A stretch of DNA of 64,000 nucleotides from Eledone cirrhosa (Eukaryota). A program made the translations under genes and the position numbers. The notes under the pieces are model-generated. The model was not told the DNA's origin. It made no database searches and saw only the letters and a program-made list of their open reading frames with translations. Of this stretch, positions 25,858 through 40,619 are shown piece after piece; the stretch's first letter is position 1, and every line of letters starts with the position of its first letter. Location: NCBI GenBank assembly GCA_964016885.1, contig OZ024747.1:28830001-28894000 (forward strand), written 5' to 3'.

Positions 25858-25938
25858 CGAAAACCAACCAAACAGTGAGTGTGTTCTGTTATTAATTCTG
25901 GCAATATTACACAAATATGACCCTCCCCAAGTATAACA

Positions 25939-25973
<35 letters not shown>

Positions 25974-26049
25974 CATAGAAAGACCAGAATCAACAGCCTA
26001 TAATAGACAATTCATAAAAGCAATACTCCCGATAGGAGTTTGAAATGGA

Positions 26050-26744
<695 letters not shown>

Positions 26745-27321
26745 GGGGTCAATCGGGGGTAACCACAGTAAGGTACTTCGAATGAAAACGGGAAACAGTT
26801 CTAGTCCATTTCTATATTAAATGTGTTATATATATATGTGTGTGTGTGTCTATGATAATATTAGTGGGCCTGTACTCAATTATGACGGCAATAGAGTTGA
26901 ACGTATTTAGTTCTTGGAGTCTAGGATTGGTATGCCATCTTCACTAAGATTACCGGATTTATGAGCAATCTTACAAACTGAGAAATTTATTTTGATAAAT
27001 TAATAGTTTGCATAAGAGAAACCCTATAGTTTATATTGATTATTGACACGTGCAAGTGATTAAAGATAAGAATGATATTTTGATAATTATTTTAATTTTA
27101 GGAAGGATATAATTACATGAATGTTCAGAATATATATATATATATATATGACACAAGATTAAACGTATGAAACTTTGAAGAAGTAGCAGGGACAGATGTG
27201 ATTGGAAAGTGAACTTATAGTAGCGACATGACCGAGATACAAAATGCATTGTATGTATGTGTACATGTTCAAGAGTTACAGACGGAGAGATATACATAAA
27301 TATACAAACACACATGGCGTG

Positions 27322-27352
<31 letters not shown>

Positions 27353-28507
27353 GTATGTGTGTTATAGACGTGTTAAACGCAACACGTAACACATTTAATC
27401 TGAGACAAAATAAATAGCACAACGTGCTCAATAAATGGGTAACAATGAATATATTTAGAAATGGGGTGTTAGTCTGTGAGGTAGATATGGAATAATTACA
27501 TAAAGCAACTTCTCTGGAGAAACCAGACGACATTATGATGTTAACATTAAAATAGAAAGCAATGATTGATGTTGTTTAGCCCTAGGACAAGCAGATCGGA
27601 CAACCCTCATTATCAAACATATTTCAGCCTTGACCACAGTCTTTTGTATATATCCTGAACTACAATATATCTAATGTTGTGTATTTATAAGGCAGGTTTG
27701 GCTGCTATTTCCATAAAGTCCATAATTGGTTTGTAGTAATGATTGGTTTGTTGTCTGGTCTGATTGAACAAACCTACGATTAAAGGTGTTCCGGACATGA
27801 CCTTTTCGACTTTTTTCTATATTAGGTTGTACACTGACCACTGGGTTTGTCCTTTCTTTTTCAAGTTTTGTTATTAATATATATTTAGCTGTTATTTCTA
27901 GCACGTTATGTGACTACTAAGAGACATACACAGCAATGATAGTAGCAGACTGGAAGATGTTGCTGCTATTTCTAGCATGATTTGTGATCATGAAGAGACC
28001 TACCCTTACAGCAACGACAGTAGCAGATTATAATATTTGGGGCTGGTATTTCTAGAATGGTGTGTGACCAGGAAGAGACTTACTCTTACAGCAGTGTTTA
28101 GTGTTCGTAACTGCTATTTCCAGCATGTTGATCTACCATAAAGAGACCTCTCCTTACAGCAACGATAGTAGCAGACTTAGTGTTCGTGGCTACCAGCATT
28201 TTACAACTTCCAATCAAACAATGTTTATCTTTAACACCCAGACATTATCAAACCACACTATGAACTATGAAAGCAACTATGTGTCGGAGGGAATTATGTA
28301 TATACACACACACACATTATATATATATATATTATTCTTCTTTCTTCTCGTTTTTTTTAAATATATATATATATATATACATACAGTGGCAGCATATATA
28401 CATATATAACCACATTTATATTATATACACACACACATATATATACAAACATTCAAACAATGTATGTGCATATATATATATACATTTATTATACACACAC
28501 ACACACA

Positions 28508-28561
<54 letters not shown>

Positions 28562-28700
28562 ATGTGTTCATGTATACATTTTGTATGTGTGTGTGTGTAT
28601 AATATAGTCTTCAGCCCAGCTTGAAACAACAAAAACCACAACGTTACAAATATCACAACAGAAGGAAGTACTTGATTTACATACATATAGATTGTCAAAC

Positions 28701-28761
<61 letters not shown>

Positions 28762-29721
28762 GTGTGTGTGTAAATGTGTATATACACATATAATTACAAT
28801 ATTTTTTGTTACTGGTGTTTAAACAGTGTAATAGTACTTACCAACATCAGAATCGAAAGATCCTGAGTTACCAAATAATGGCATTTTTAGTAATATTTGC
28901 CTGTGTATGTCAACAACAGTGATGTGTGGGGTCAGACAAACGTAATAAGGTGCTCCCTTTCACATTGACACTCAACTACAAGTTGGCTCACACTCTCACT
29001 CTAACTCTACTTCCTACACTCACCTTACTGCGCATGTCACTATGATGTCACTTGCTCTTATTTCCGATTGTTCATCGTACACGTGAGACTGACTAGACAA
29101 CTTCCTCTCAATTCTCTCTATCTCTCCCTCTGGTTTACTTCCTCTTTGTTTGTTTCTTATTCTGTAATTCTATTTTGCTATTTCTCACTCCATCAATCTA
29201 TATGCATACGCATAAACACATAGATAGAAAGAGAGAAAGACACACATACACAGAGGCCGAGTTGAATGGATTTCACTTCGCAACCACTTGGTTGTATGCT
29301 CAATCCCGCTGAGTGGCACCTTCGACTAATGCCTATGTATACATATACATGTGTATAGCCGTGTTTGTGTTTATGTCCCATAACATAGCTGTTCAACAAA
29401 AAACTGATCGATAATATAAGTGGTAGAGTTGAAAAATTAATAGGGTCGACTAAATCAGCATGGCCACAGTCTACTGACCGAAACAAGCAATACATACATA
29501 TAAATATATATATATATATACATGTGTGTGTGTATGTATATGTCTGTGTGTAACAAGGTACTTGATTAAAGACAGCATTGGAACTGTGCCGCTGACCAGA
29601 ACATAAACACTGTTTCGGAATTTTTTAATATTTAAAATGTGTTTTTTTAATGGATATATATATATATATAATAAATAATTGCGAAGGCCATATGAAGTTA
29701 TTTATAAGTTTATTTCAATTA

Positions 29722-29807
29722 GCTATTATATATGTTTCTGTTGGGTCGATGATATGATTAGATGATGTAATCATTACGTAACTATTGGCCCGACTTCATC
29801 AGATGGC
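29722..29807 (-). ncRNA. Type I hammerhead motif with long stem II, slightly decayed
   Basis: GCCAU-CUGAUGA-AGUCGGG...CCCAACA-GAAA-CAUAUA-UA^AUAGC. A partial inverted copy lies at 30092-30133. Confidence 0.65.
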
Positions 29808-30189
29808 GTTTTTATAGAAAAGGTCAAGCAACTGCAATAGTTTATCAATAAGAGGGCCAGCTTACAACATTCTCATTCCTAACTGGCTGACCCTTTTATT
29901 CGATATATATATAAGAATAACATTAAGAAAGATGCTGATGTTACATAAATCATTTATTCATAATAATTAATTCAACGGTTCTCTTATGCAATCCAAGATG
30001 TAATTTATGCATTTATTGTTGTTATGAGAACGGTATCGATTTTGTGTTATGCCGCAGGCAAAAAACACATCTTTCGACTCATGTGCCCGGCTGATTACAT
30101 CACCTAATCATCGACCCCACAGAAACACATATATATATATATATTTATATATATATATATATGTTTGTGTGTGTGTAAACTTGTCTTGT

Positions 30190-30598
30190 AAATCGCCTTT
30201 ATTTTCTCTTCTGGTCACTCCTGTGTGCCATCACACTTCCTGTCTTCCTCTTTCAATCTTTTCTATATCTCATCTGCCTGTCATCATGTATATTTTTTGT
30301 TGCTCTTAAGCTTAAGAACAACAAAAATATAAAGAACTGCCAGGTAACACTCTAATATCATTGCTATCATCATATTTTTAACATTACATCACCTTTCTTT
30401 ATTTCCTTCTTCCTGTCACTTCTGTGTGCCAAAACACTTCTTGTCCTCCTCCTCTTTCAATCCTTTCTGTGTTTCATCTGCCTGTCACTCACCTTGTGGA
30501 TTGTCTCTGTTAACCAATGGCCGCTGGTCTCTGCCTCAGTTATTATTGCCTATCGCTGTCTTTGACAACATTTAGCTGTTTTAACAGTTCTAGTGATT
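30190..30598 (+). mobile_element. Dispersed repeat with an internal hairpin; inverted copy at 53157-53475
   Basis: 30289-30598 is approximately the reverse complement of 53157-53475; hairpin tatattttttgttgctcttaagcttaagaacaacaaaaatata. Confidence 0.75.
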
Positions 30599-33500
30599 AA
30601 TCATCCTGTGTGTACACAGGCAAAACTGCAGAATAGCAAGACTTAACAACAATAAAGAATATACATATGTGTGTCATCATCACTTTCAATGCTGGTCTGG
30701 GACCAGACAGGTTGGAATGACCAGTTTTGCTTGTTATATTCAATATTTGGCATAGTTTATATGGCTGAGTGCCAACCACCTTACAGGGTGTGTTGGATGT
30801 GATACCTGCACTAGAGAGTTTGTCATATGGTAGGTGAAACTGATGGGTCCTATCAAAGCTTATGTTGTTTCTGTTCAATTTTCATTGCAAAACACTGTAA
30901 CCTCCAGTCTCTGAATACATTTATTTTTAATGTCATAGTGCTTGTACTGGTGAATGGGTCTTTTTTATTATGGTATATTAGCAGTCAGCTCAGTCCAATG
31001 TCATCTCTTTTTTGAAGTTCAGTTCTTTGAGGTCATGCCTCCCTATATATATATATGTGTGTATGTGTGCATATAAATAAATATATATATATATATATCA
31101 TCATCATCATCATCACCGTTTTACGTCCGTTCTTCCACGCTAGCATGGGTTAGACGGGTTGTCCTGTTGTGGGCAGTGTCCGATTGGCTGACCATGCCTT
31201 GCTCAAACAGGAACATATATATATATAAATGGCCTTCACAGTTTTGGTGTATTCATCAGCTTGAGATTATAGTAAAAGACCTTGGCTTAAGGTGCCATGT
31301 AGTGGGTACAAACCTGAAAGCATGTGACTGGAAAACAAATTTCTTAACCACACAGCCATTCCTGTGCCAACAGAAAATTCAATGTCAAAACAATTTTTCA
31401 AAAATTGATATATAATTGAATCCATTCCAATTATAATTAGAAAAAATGTTAATATATATTTGTGAAAAAAAATGCATGTTAACATAATTGATTTTATTGA
31501 CTTAATCTATCCATAGAAACAATGCCAAATATAGAATGTATGAGCAAGATGAGGTTACTCCAGCCTGGCTGCTCTCAGACCATGAGATTTGTTCAGCCCG
31601 TAGCAAGTACTAAGATTGCAGCTCATTTGCCAGTTCTACTCTGTAAAGTGGTTGGTGATGGGTAAAGAATTCAGCTACAGAAGCCATGCCAAACAAAGGG
31701 TTAAGAGGACTCTTCTGTCATGTTAAGGACATGATAACCTCTCCTCTGCTGGTGCCATGTTAAAATGCACTCAGTTTACTCTGTAAAGTGATTGGTAATA
31801 TGAAAGGCTGTAGAGACTATGCCAATGATAAAATGGTAGGAAAATGAAGTAATTTTTCCACATTGCTCATCCCTTAAGGGTCAATAAAATAATGAGTGGA
31901 GGATAGTGGAATTGTTACAGCATTAAACAAAAGAAACTTTACAATATTTGTTTTGGTTTTTAATGTTCCGAGTTCAAATCCCACTGTTGTCTACTTGGAT
32001 GGTAGATTTAAACAGTCACCTAGTTTAACACCACCATCTGACTATTGGGTGTCTTTAGAGGACTCCCCTCAGCTGCAATAAGAACAACAATAAGCTTAAT
32101 CAGCTAATTAAATGAGCTTTTCTGTATTTTTTATCAGTTACATTTCTAATAGCACTCTGGCAATACTTGATTCAAAACTCAATATTTCTAAATCATTAGA
32201 TTGGGTTTGACACATGGAAGGCCTTGACCTTTTTGTTACCATATTTCTATGGAAAGACATTGCCTATGATATTCAAATAGTTTTTAAAGGATTCATGAAT
32301 TTTGAGTGATTTAGTAATATGATTAACTTTCTCGTTATTTATCTGGTGTTTGGAGGATAGCTCAAAAAATGTTCTTACATAAAATTATGATGGAAGGTTT
32401 TTAGATTAATATAAACACTTTAAAATATACAGTTTTGTATCATAGAACTAGGGGTAATGAAAGGATTAAAAAGTTTTGATATGTTTTAGTTCGCTGAAAG
32501 ATACCTCTCCTGGTGCTTATTGTCAGTGTAATTTTTTACAATGTTGTCAAACTAACACAAACATTTTAGAAATATCTCACCAAGTTTTAATTAATAAATT
32601 TAGACATTTTGAAGGTTTCAATTCTGGTTTTCTAAAATTTGCTTCATGTACTGATGGTAAATATTGCACCTCTGTTGCCAAATCTTCATCGTTAATGTCT
32701 CTAGAATATTGGGGCTAGCAAAAAGCAAACATACAATTTAATCTTTCTAAACATGTTCAACTCCAGTCGGCGCATTGTGTTCTTGAGTAAGATACTTTAT
32801 TATACGTTCTTCCTGTTCATTCAACTGAAAAAATGAATTGGAATTGTGAATCAAAAGACCAGTGATGCTATGCAATGTCACATTGAATCACTCTGAGAAA
32901 TATGTGGGTGTTGAATGCTCAGCCTCTAGCACGTTAATTTCACGAGCAGGCTGCTCCATTGACAACACCAACTGTAACACTAGTCGTCACAACCGACGAA
33001 GGTCCTACACTGCAGTACACATATTTACATATCTATCTCAGGTGGACATTTTCTTCACATTTTCTTACAAAGTAATGTTTCTTAAATTGTTCAGATTGTC
33101 CTAACACCGTTGAAAATGTCGTTTCTGATGATTAAAGGGAGAATACATTAGCTAGCTAATAGCTTAAACCAACACGAGTATACAGGAGTTACCTCCCATG
33201 GAATTTAATTCTTCGGTTTCAATTATTTTTGTATCATTGTAAACGTTTTTTTTTTTACTAAAAGATAAATTTTTATTATATTCGTCTTAATGTCTTTAAT
33301 ACAAACATAGATCAAATAAAATTAAAAATATAATTTTTCGACTTAATTCAGAGACATCAATGATTGGATGGAATATGATTTTTTCTTTCAACGAATTCTT
33401 TTCACTTATACTTTCTAAATAATTTTTATGTATGTGTGTAGCGGCCAGCGGTAGCAGCAGGATCATAATGAAAAACGTATCACACCTCTGTATAAAACTG

Positions 33501-33889
33501 TACCACACCTATGTATTAAGACGTAGCTGTCAAATCTCCCTCGGAGGAACCATACGCATATGTTAAGTTCCAAGTCTTAACACAAAATGTTCGGAAATAA
33601 AGACGTTCGGTGGAGTAGAGCCGCTGACAGTGAAGTTCTTGTCATCACTGGCAGCTCACCTTACTAAGGTGTCAGGTGATGCTCGTGAGGGTGACCGGTT
33701 ATTTCAGGGTCTTAACCTCGCCATCACCCGTGGTAATGCTGCAAGCGTGTTGGCTTGCCTCAAGTGTGTAGTTAACCCCTAAGGTGCGAGGTGCAGCCAA
33801 TTTTCGCACTTAGTGGTGAATTGCTCTCCCCGTTTTTTTTTCTTCTTTTTTTCTTTCCTTTATCATTTTTGTTCAATGAATTTATATTA

Positions 33890-34066
33890 GAGGATTGGCA
33901 GTATCGGTAGAGGGTCGGACGCCATGCTTTGACGCATAGAGTTATGGTCCTTGCCATTCTGAGTTCAAATCCCGCCGAGGTTAACTTTGCCTTTCATCTT
34001 TTCGGAGTCGATAAAATAAAGTACCAGTAATTGCTGGCCTTGTGCCAAATGTAGAAACAATTATTA
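33890..34066 (+). mobile_element. SINE family A
   Basis: Full head, core and tail similar to 19398-19586. Confidence 0.85.
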
Positions 34067-34159
34067 TATTTTTATACACAGTTTAGACATTATATTTGTA
34101 ATATCCTTCTGAATGAATTGCGAGCAATTTATAATGTTATTTACACATTTGTAATGTTA

Positions 34160-34820
34160 TTTGTATGACAACAATTCCAATCTCCAACTCACAATCTACA
34201 ACCAGCAAATTGTTCAAGTTACGAAGTTTGTATATCTCGGTCACAAACTATCATCAAACAATAATGGAATAGTTGCTGCGCAGTATCGCATCGTTCTAGG
34301 TTGGGCAGCTTGCAACAAGAACAAGGAAGTACTACCATCCAAACGAGTTTCCTATCATTTAAAAGCTAAGATCTTCGATACTTACATCCTACCAGTGTGT
34401 TATATGGTCTTGACTGTGTTAAATGGATGACAGGGTCACTTCAGAAGCTCTCTACATTCCAGAACCACATCATGAGACTTATGACTGAAAAGCAGCTCAG
34501 CGACCGTATCTGTATCGGTAAGCTGCTCAACATTACCAAACTTAGACCAATTACATCAATTGTCAAGTCAAGAGTACTCAAACTATACAGTCATATAAAA
34601 AGATCAACTCGTTCTGTGAGTAGGTTATGCCTAGAAGGAAGGCTGGCTGGTAAGAGAAGCAGAGGCCGGCAGCCAAAACGATGGCTAGATAATGTCAACC
34701 TATGGACTGGACTTGATCTTTGCTCTTTAAACCCTGCTGTTGGTGATCGAACTTTCTGAAGAAAAATATCTTATGTTGATGCGCAGTCTGCAACTGGCAG
34801 AGTTTATCGTCAAAGAAGAA
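34160..34820 (+). mobile_element. RTE-like LINE 3' fragment (different family)
   Basis: VTKFVYLG, KAKIFDTYILPV, LEGRLAGKRSRGRQPKRWLDNV. Confidence 0.8.
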
Positions 34821-35324
34821 TGTTGTTTGTGTATATATTTAAAACATATTTGCAATGTTATTCTACTGTAAATTTATACAAGTGTAATGAATAAATAAAA
34901 AAAAAAAGGGATAAGGTAGAATGTCAAACAAACAATTCTTCAATCGGTTGTTTCTATCACTCAACAACGTCAACCTTACTTATTTAAAGACGTTTATTTC
35001 AAAACATGAAAGTTACGTTTTTGTTGTTGGATCTACGTTGGTTCTGACGACAAGTGTTGCACCTGCTCGTGAAACGAACGTGCAAGTGGCTGAGCATTCC
35101 ACAAACGTGTACCCAATTCAGTGTCACACTGTGTGTGACAAGGCTTCCCATTTGAATTACAGGTACAGCTCATTTTTGCCAGCTGAATAGACTAGAGCAA
35201 CATGAAATAAGGTGTCTTGCTCAACGATATCACGGTATCGAGAATCGAACTTACAATTATGAACAGAATACTCTAACCACTAAATCACATACCTTCACAA
35301 ACCCGAAAGTTATAACACAAAATC

Positions 35325-35705
35325 TTGCCAACAACAACCCTGAGCACCTTTTTGATTTCCATGTGTCTAACACACGTGAGCATGCCCACAAAGTCAGAAA
35401 ACAGCACAGTTCCCATGACTTTCGGAAACATTTTTTCACGCTCAGAGTTGCTGAAGCATGGAACAAACTACCTGCATCAGTTATTAGCTGTCGAGACACT
35501 GCATCCTTTAAAACCTCCATGCTTCCCGAGATTCGCCAACACTACACCTAATATTCCCCCTCCATACACACATGTATATCATGACTCATACACTATTCAC
35601 TTCCCTGACATTTGTATATTATTCTATGCACTATACATGCACCTTTGACGAGTTGTAGTGCACCTGAGCACTTTACACAATAATTTCATTATTATATTAT
35701 TATTT
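35325..35705 (+). mobile_element. CR1-type LINE 3' end with (ATT)n tail; 3' UTR copy on minus at 37627-37750
   Basis: TREHAHKVRK..RKHFFTLRVAEAWNKLPASVI..ASFK. Confidence 0.85.
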
Positions 35706-36039
35706 AATAGTGAGCTATTCAGTTACATGGCTATTATTCTCATCTCAGACACCTTTAGCATATTTTATTCGTGTTTGAAAAAAAGGAAATAGACAATAAC
35801 AATAACCCCCCCCCCCAAAAAAAATGAAAAAAATAAGCAAGACATACTTCCTCAATTAGACACCATAACAAGGAATGTTGGTGTTGACCTCTTAAAAGAC
35901 ATACACACCTTCATTTAGACACCACAACAGAGAACGTTGGTATTGTCCTTTTAAAAGACGCACACTCCCTCAGCTACATACCACAACAGGGGGTGTTGGT
36001 GTTGCTTTCTTTAAAGACACACATTCCCTCAATTACGGC

Positions 36040-36545
36040 TCTACCAGGAGTGACTACACTCTATCGAGTAACGTTACTCTAAAGACCCTTCGGAGGAACC
36101 CCATTTCGGCCGCTTGTATTCGCGATCGTATTCTTTCAGTCATTACCCAAGATTCACGACCATTGGTAAGGGTTGGCCCGAATACTAAATTGAAGATAGC
36201 GAGTTTGGCCTTTACACCTACCTCCCTTCTTCTGATTACTGTATGCTGAAGTTGGCGCATACTGCACCAGCTCCTACATTTCTTGCAGTTAATTCAGCCT
36301 CTTGCCTTCTATCACTCGTGAACACGGTCCCGAAATACTTGAACTTCTCTATCTGCTTAAGTGGAACTCTATTTATATGTAGTGCACTGTACAGGCTTCC
36401 TTGAGAGGACGAGAGCCTCAGTTTTCATAGCACTGATTTTCATTCCAGCCATGCAGCACTCAGCATCAAATCTACCGAGTGCAAGTCAACGATCACCTTC
36501 TGTCACGGTAAGTAATACCATGTCGTCTGCAAATTCCAGTCGACT
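36040..36545 (-). mobile_element. RTE-type LINE fragment
   Basis: FADDMVL, EKFKYFG, KAKLAIF..PTLTNGRESWVMTERIRSRIQAAEMGFLRRV. Confidence 0.85.
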
Positions 36546-37461
36546 GATTTTACTTTTCTAATAAATGAATGTCATTTCTTTGCATTTTAACAGTTACCTG
36601 ATGGTGTTCACAAATAATGGTTTCAGAGAATAAAGTCTCCATATTTTAGAGGAAGATGTGATGTGTGAAAAGCGACGAAAGATAAGTAAAATAGCAAATA
36701 AATGTCCGTGGAAACATTTTCTCATCCATCCGAAAGGTTTGACTCCAAAACGTTAGTGTTCTCTCTTCCAGCTCCACAAAGGAGGAATTCATCCAAATTT
36801 GTGAACGTTTCTCGATAGAATAACTGATCGACCCAATGAGCCCTGTCTGGTTTCCTGACATGCTAGAAAGAGCAGTCAATTTTTCTCTCAAATGGCACCA
36901 ATGTATTTGACTATTCCAGCCTGGTTATCACCCTAGACATATCCCTTATTCTAACCTTAGATCCTGACCCTATCCCTAACCGTAACTCCAAGCACTAACT
37001 CCCTCAATACCGTGATTGTTTTGTTTTGTTTCAAATATTTTTGAGAGAAAAACACAAACATTTCCCGTTGTTATAACATGAGGTAATGTTACGAATGTCT
37101 TGGCTTGCCTCAAGAAATTTTAGATGGAAACACCAACATTCCCTGTTATAGTGTCTTTGTCTTCACTGGTTATTTTTACTCAATTTTTATTGGTTTGTTT
37201 CTTTTGTAAATTATAAGATCTTATTTATTATATAAATTGTGTTTATATGTAACAAATCAATAATTCTAAAGCGGCAGAGTGAGGGAGGAACATACACCCT
37301 CAGTCAAACAGAGAATACTGGTGTTACTTTGTGTCTTTGTTTAAAGCGATTGTCTCCGAGTAATCTAAAACAATCTTCACACAGCTACATGCTGCCTACA
37401 GATCGTTACGACTTGTTCTTGTGTTGGGGTAAGTAGCTTAGTGATTAGAGTGTTGCGTTCG

Positions 37462-37625
37462 TAATAATAATTGTTTCTACTTTAGGCACAAGGCCAGCAA
37501 TTACCCAGTACATTACTGGTACTTTATTTTATCGACCCCGTAAGGATGAAAGGCAAAGTCAACCTCGGCGGGATTTGAACTCAGACCATAAAGGGACGTA
37601 ACTATGCTGGAAAGCATGGCGTCCG
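37462..37625 (-). mobile_element. SINE family A
   Basis: Reverse complement of the family A consensus. Confidence 0.85.
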
Positions 37626-38595
37626 TAATAATAATAATGAAATTATTGTGTACAGTGCTCAGGTGCACTACAACTCATCAAAGGTGCATGTATAGTACAT
37701 AGAATAATGTACAAATGTCAGGAAAATGAACAGTGTATGAGTCATGATATAATAACAATAACAATCCAGGACCACCAGGTAGATGGAAGCTGTTTACCCT
37801 TCTCAATGATATTTTTTTATTAACCAGAAAAGGTTCGCATGAAGAAAACATTAAAGATCGCTTAGGACAATAGAGTGTTATTGTTGTTGTTTTTTTTTCG
37901 TGTAAAAATATATCAAAAACATCAACATATAAAATTAAAACAAAATTCCCCAATAAGGAAAGGCTTCCAGGGATCGCTTGTGGAGAAAACCCGCAAAAAA
38001 CCACGGCTAACCTGACAGCTAGGACAAGTGTCCCCTTCCGGTTATTCTTCACTAACAGACAACACTCAGAGCAAGGCCTCTCACTTGAAACATGCTTGCC
38101 ACTCTCATTATCCACCTTTCAACAAACTGGCTGGAGGGCAGCACTTCCCTCTCCACACTGATTTTCCTCTTCAAGTAACAATGAAAAAGTTAGGGCCAAA
38201 GAGGGAAGTGTTTGTCCTCAACCCTTTCAATCGCGTCCACCACTCAACCTCTTTCGACATAGTCCCCGGACAGATGAAAACTACCTCCCTATCCCGACTA
38301 AAGAAAAACGGTGGGGCGAGCTTCATGGTGGACTTAGCTGTTAGCCGAAGCTATCCCCAACTACTAATCCACTATAGAACGCCAAAATGAATTTTTTTCC
38401 GTCACTGGTAAAGGGATGTAAGAACTTGATGATATTCCAGTTGCCAAGCGCTCACTCTTGGTGGGAATTAGTTTGTAAAGTAATTTTAAAATTATACAAA
38501 ATTGGAATCACTATCTTCTGGCAGATAAATTAAGGGACATAACTCTTGGAAGCATAAAAGTTTTACTGTTATTTCCTTCTATTGGCCCAGGACTT

Positions 38596-38631
<36 letters not shown>

Positions 38632-38634
<3 letters not shown>

Positions 38635-38730
38635 GGTGTCCCCAAAAAATGTATATACACTTGAACAGCATTCTAATAAATATTGCATGCACAGGTAATC
38701 AAAGTGGGTATACATTTTGGGGGGACCCTG
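38632..38730. mobile_element. Short Tc1/mariner-type MITE in (TA)n
   Basis: CAGGGTGTCCCCAAAAAATGTATA ... TATACATTTTGGGGGGACCCTG|TA. Confidence 0.75.
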
Positions 38731-38765
38731 TATATATATATATATATATATTAATAATATTAATT

Positions 38766-38826
38766 TATTTTATTATACATATTTCAAGGGTACCAGTATT
38801 TTGGTATGCTATCGTCAGATAAAATA
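38766..38826 (-). ncRNA. Type I hammerhead motif (same family as 11.1 kb)
   Basis: UAUUUUAU-CUGACGA-UAGCAUACCA(AAAUAC)UGGUACCCUU-GAAA-U-AUGU-A-UA^AUAAAAUA. Confidence 0.75.
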
Positions 38827-38840
38827 TATTTGGTTTAAAG

Positions 38841-39023
38841 ATAATTGTTTCTACGTTTGGCACAAGGCCAGCAATTATCCAGTGCATTACTGGTACTTTA
38901 TTTTATCGACCCCGTAAGGATGAAAGGCAAAGTTAACCGGCGGGATTTGAACTCAGAATGGCAAGGGCCGTAACTCTATACGTCAAAGTATGGCGTCCGA
39001 CCCTCTACCGATACTGCCAATCC
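38841..39023 (-). mobile_element. SINE family A
   Basis: Reverse complement of the family A consensus. Confidence 0.85.
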
Positions 39024-39529
39024 ATCGACATATGAGTTTAATGTTATGAGTTCAATATAGATAGTGAATAAATATTCAAAACTCGGGATGAATATGCTAA
39101 TGTGGATAACGTTAAAATTGAAAAGGACCGTTATGTTTAGACGCTAGATATATTTAAATAATTATCTCAATTATTTTTTTAATTTCTTTTTAAAAAATAA
39201 GACGATACGAGAGGTACACAGTAGAAGTGAGGAACAGGTTCAGTGCTCTATGTGGAGAGGCAGAGGAGAGAGAGATTGGAGGGACTGAGGAGAGTGTGAC
39301 AAGGAGGTATGCCACTCCAGTGGCAGAAACAAGTGAAGATTGGTGCTAAGGAGAAAGAGAAAGTGGAAGGCTAACAGCTCTGTAGACCCGAAAGTGTGTG
39401 CAGCCAGGGAACACCTGAAAGCTGCCAAGGACCAATTCCATGCTGATCCTATGGAGGAGAGGAAGGAAAATGTAGAGGTGAGGGAGGAAGAACTCTCTAC
39501 TGCTTACAGTGAGGCCGGAGATGAGGTGA

Positions 39530-39915
39530 CACAACAAAAAGTGCCCAGCCCACAATGTAAAGTGGTCGTGTAGGTGTCACAACAGAAAGCACCCAGTCCA
39601 CACTGTAAAGTGGTTGTGTAGGCGTCAGAACAAAAAGCACCCAGTCCACACTATAAAGTGGTCATGTAGACATCATGACAAAAATCACCTAGTCCATATT
39701 GTAAAGTGGTCATGTAGGCGTCTTGACAAAAAGTACCCAGTACTCACTGTAAATGAGGTTGGTGTTAGGAAGGGCATCCAGTTGTAAAAACTAAGCCAAA
39801 ATCAGTTCTGTATGAGCATGACAGGGTCACCTGACCTAGCATTGCCCACAACATGTCAACTCATTTAACCCTTGCTAGCATGGAAAAATGGACGTAAAAT
39901 GGTGATGATGATGAT
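39530..39915 (+). mobile_element. RTE 3' UTR with about 46-bp tandem subrepeats and (TGA)n tail
   Basis: Repeated aaaagcacccagtccacactgtaaagtggtcgtgtaggcgtc; ends gacgtaaaatggtgatgatgatg. Confidence 0.8.
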
Positions 39916-39980
39916 AAGAGATGTCAACATGAATGGACCTGTTATTTTTATCTAAAGACATTTTTTCCAATTCCATTCTT

Positions 39981-40016
39981 TCTTCTGATGAAGGGCTAGC
40001 ATCTGAAACGTTAAGA
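39981..40016 (+). ncRNA. Minimal type I hammerhead motif of a Penelope-like end
   Basis: UCUU-CUGAUGA-AGGGCUAGCAUCU-GAAA-CG-UU^AAGA; palindromic AACGUU in place of stem III. Confidence 0.7.
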
Positions 40017-40619
40017 CCCTCTTCCTGCTATATCAAGCGTTAACCTAATATATCCCTTCCATATACTGTACGATTGTGTGTTGTTATTTCTGTTTACCTT
40101 TACATACATATATATATATATGTGTGTGTGTGTGTATTTATATATATATATATTGTTATACTTTGGGAGGGTCATGTTGCCAATAAAAAACACGCGCACC
40201 TGTTGGTTTTCACTTCAATTTATTATAAATTTCCGGTTGGTTGGTTCGTTCATTAACCGGAAGGTTGTTTATATATTGTCAAGGCTCTTTCATCACGCAT
40301 TCTGCGACCTCCTCAGTGACTAGGTTTTTATTTTGTGTGTCTCTCCTTTGTTCTGTTGTTTTTGTGTGTATGACAGAACATGGATAGAAATGGCTTTTAC
40401 AGGACTATATGTATATATATATGTAGATAAATCTACCAAGAGTTTACGGTAGTGTACAATCCGTATGAAGAACTCAATGTAATCCGGATATCATGGAAAG
40501 AAGAGATGCAATGAAAAATCACTTTCGGTGAAAGATAAACGGAATACAGAGTCAAGATAAAATATTAAAAAAATAATGAATAAAACAATGAAACAGTTCC
40601 TTATATTAAACAAAAAAAG

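Noticed and set aside
25596-25870. GAAACGGCCG palindrome and CTGACG next to the gap as a hammerhead
   Set aside because: Core incomplete and interrupted by N; cannot be evaluated.
33125-33135. CTGATGA occurrence (also about 9883, 23984, 31254, 35044 and 55997)
   Set aside because: No properly placed GAAA...UH with stems I and II; chance matches or parts of other repeats.
37890-38390. Possible L1/Tx1-like 3' end on the minus strand
   Set aside because: Only an A-rich tail and vague similarity; no diagnostic motif recognised.
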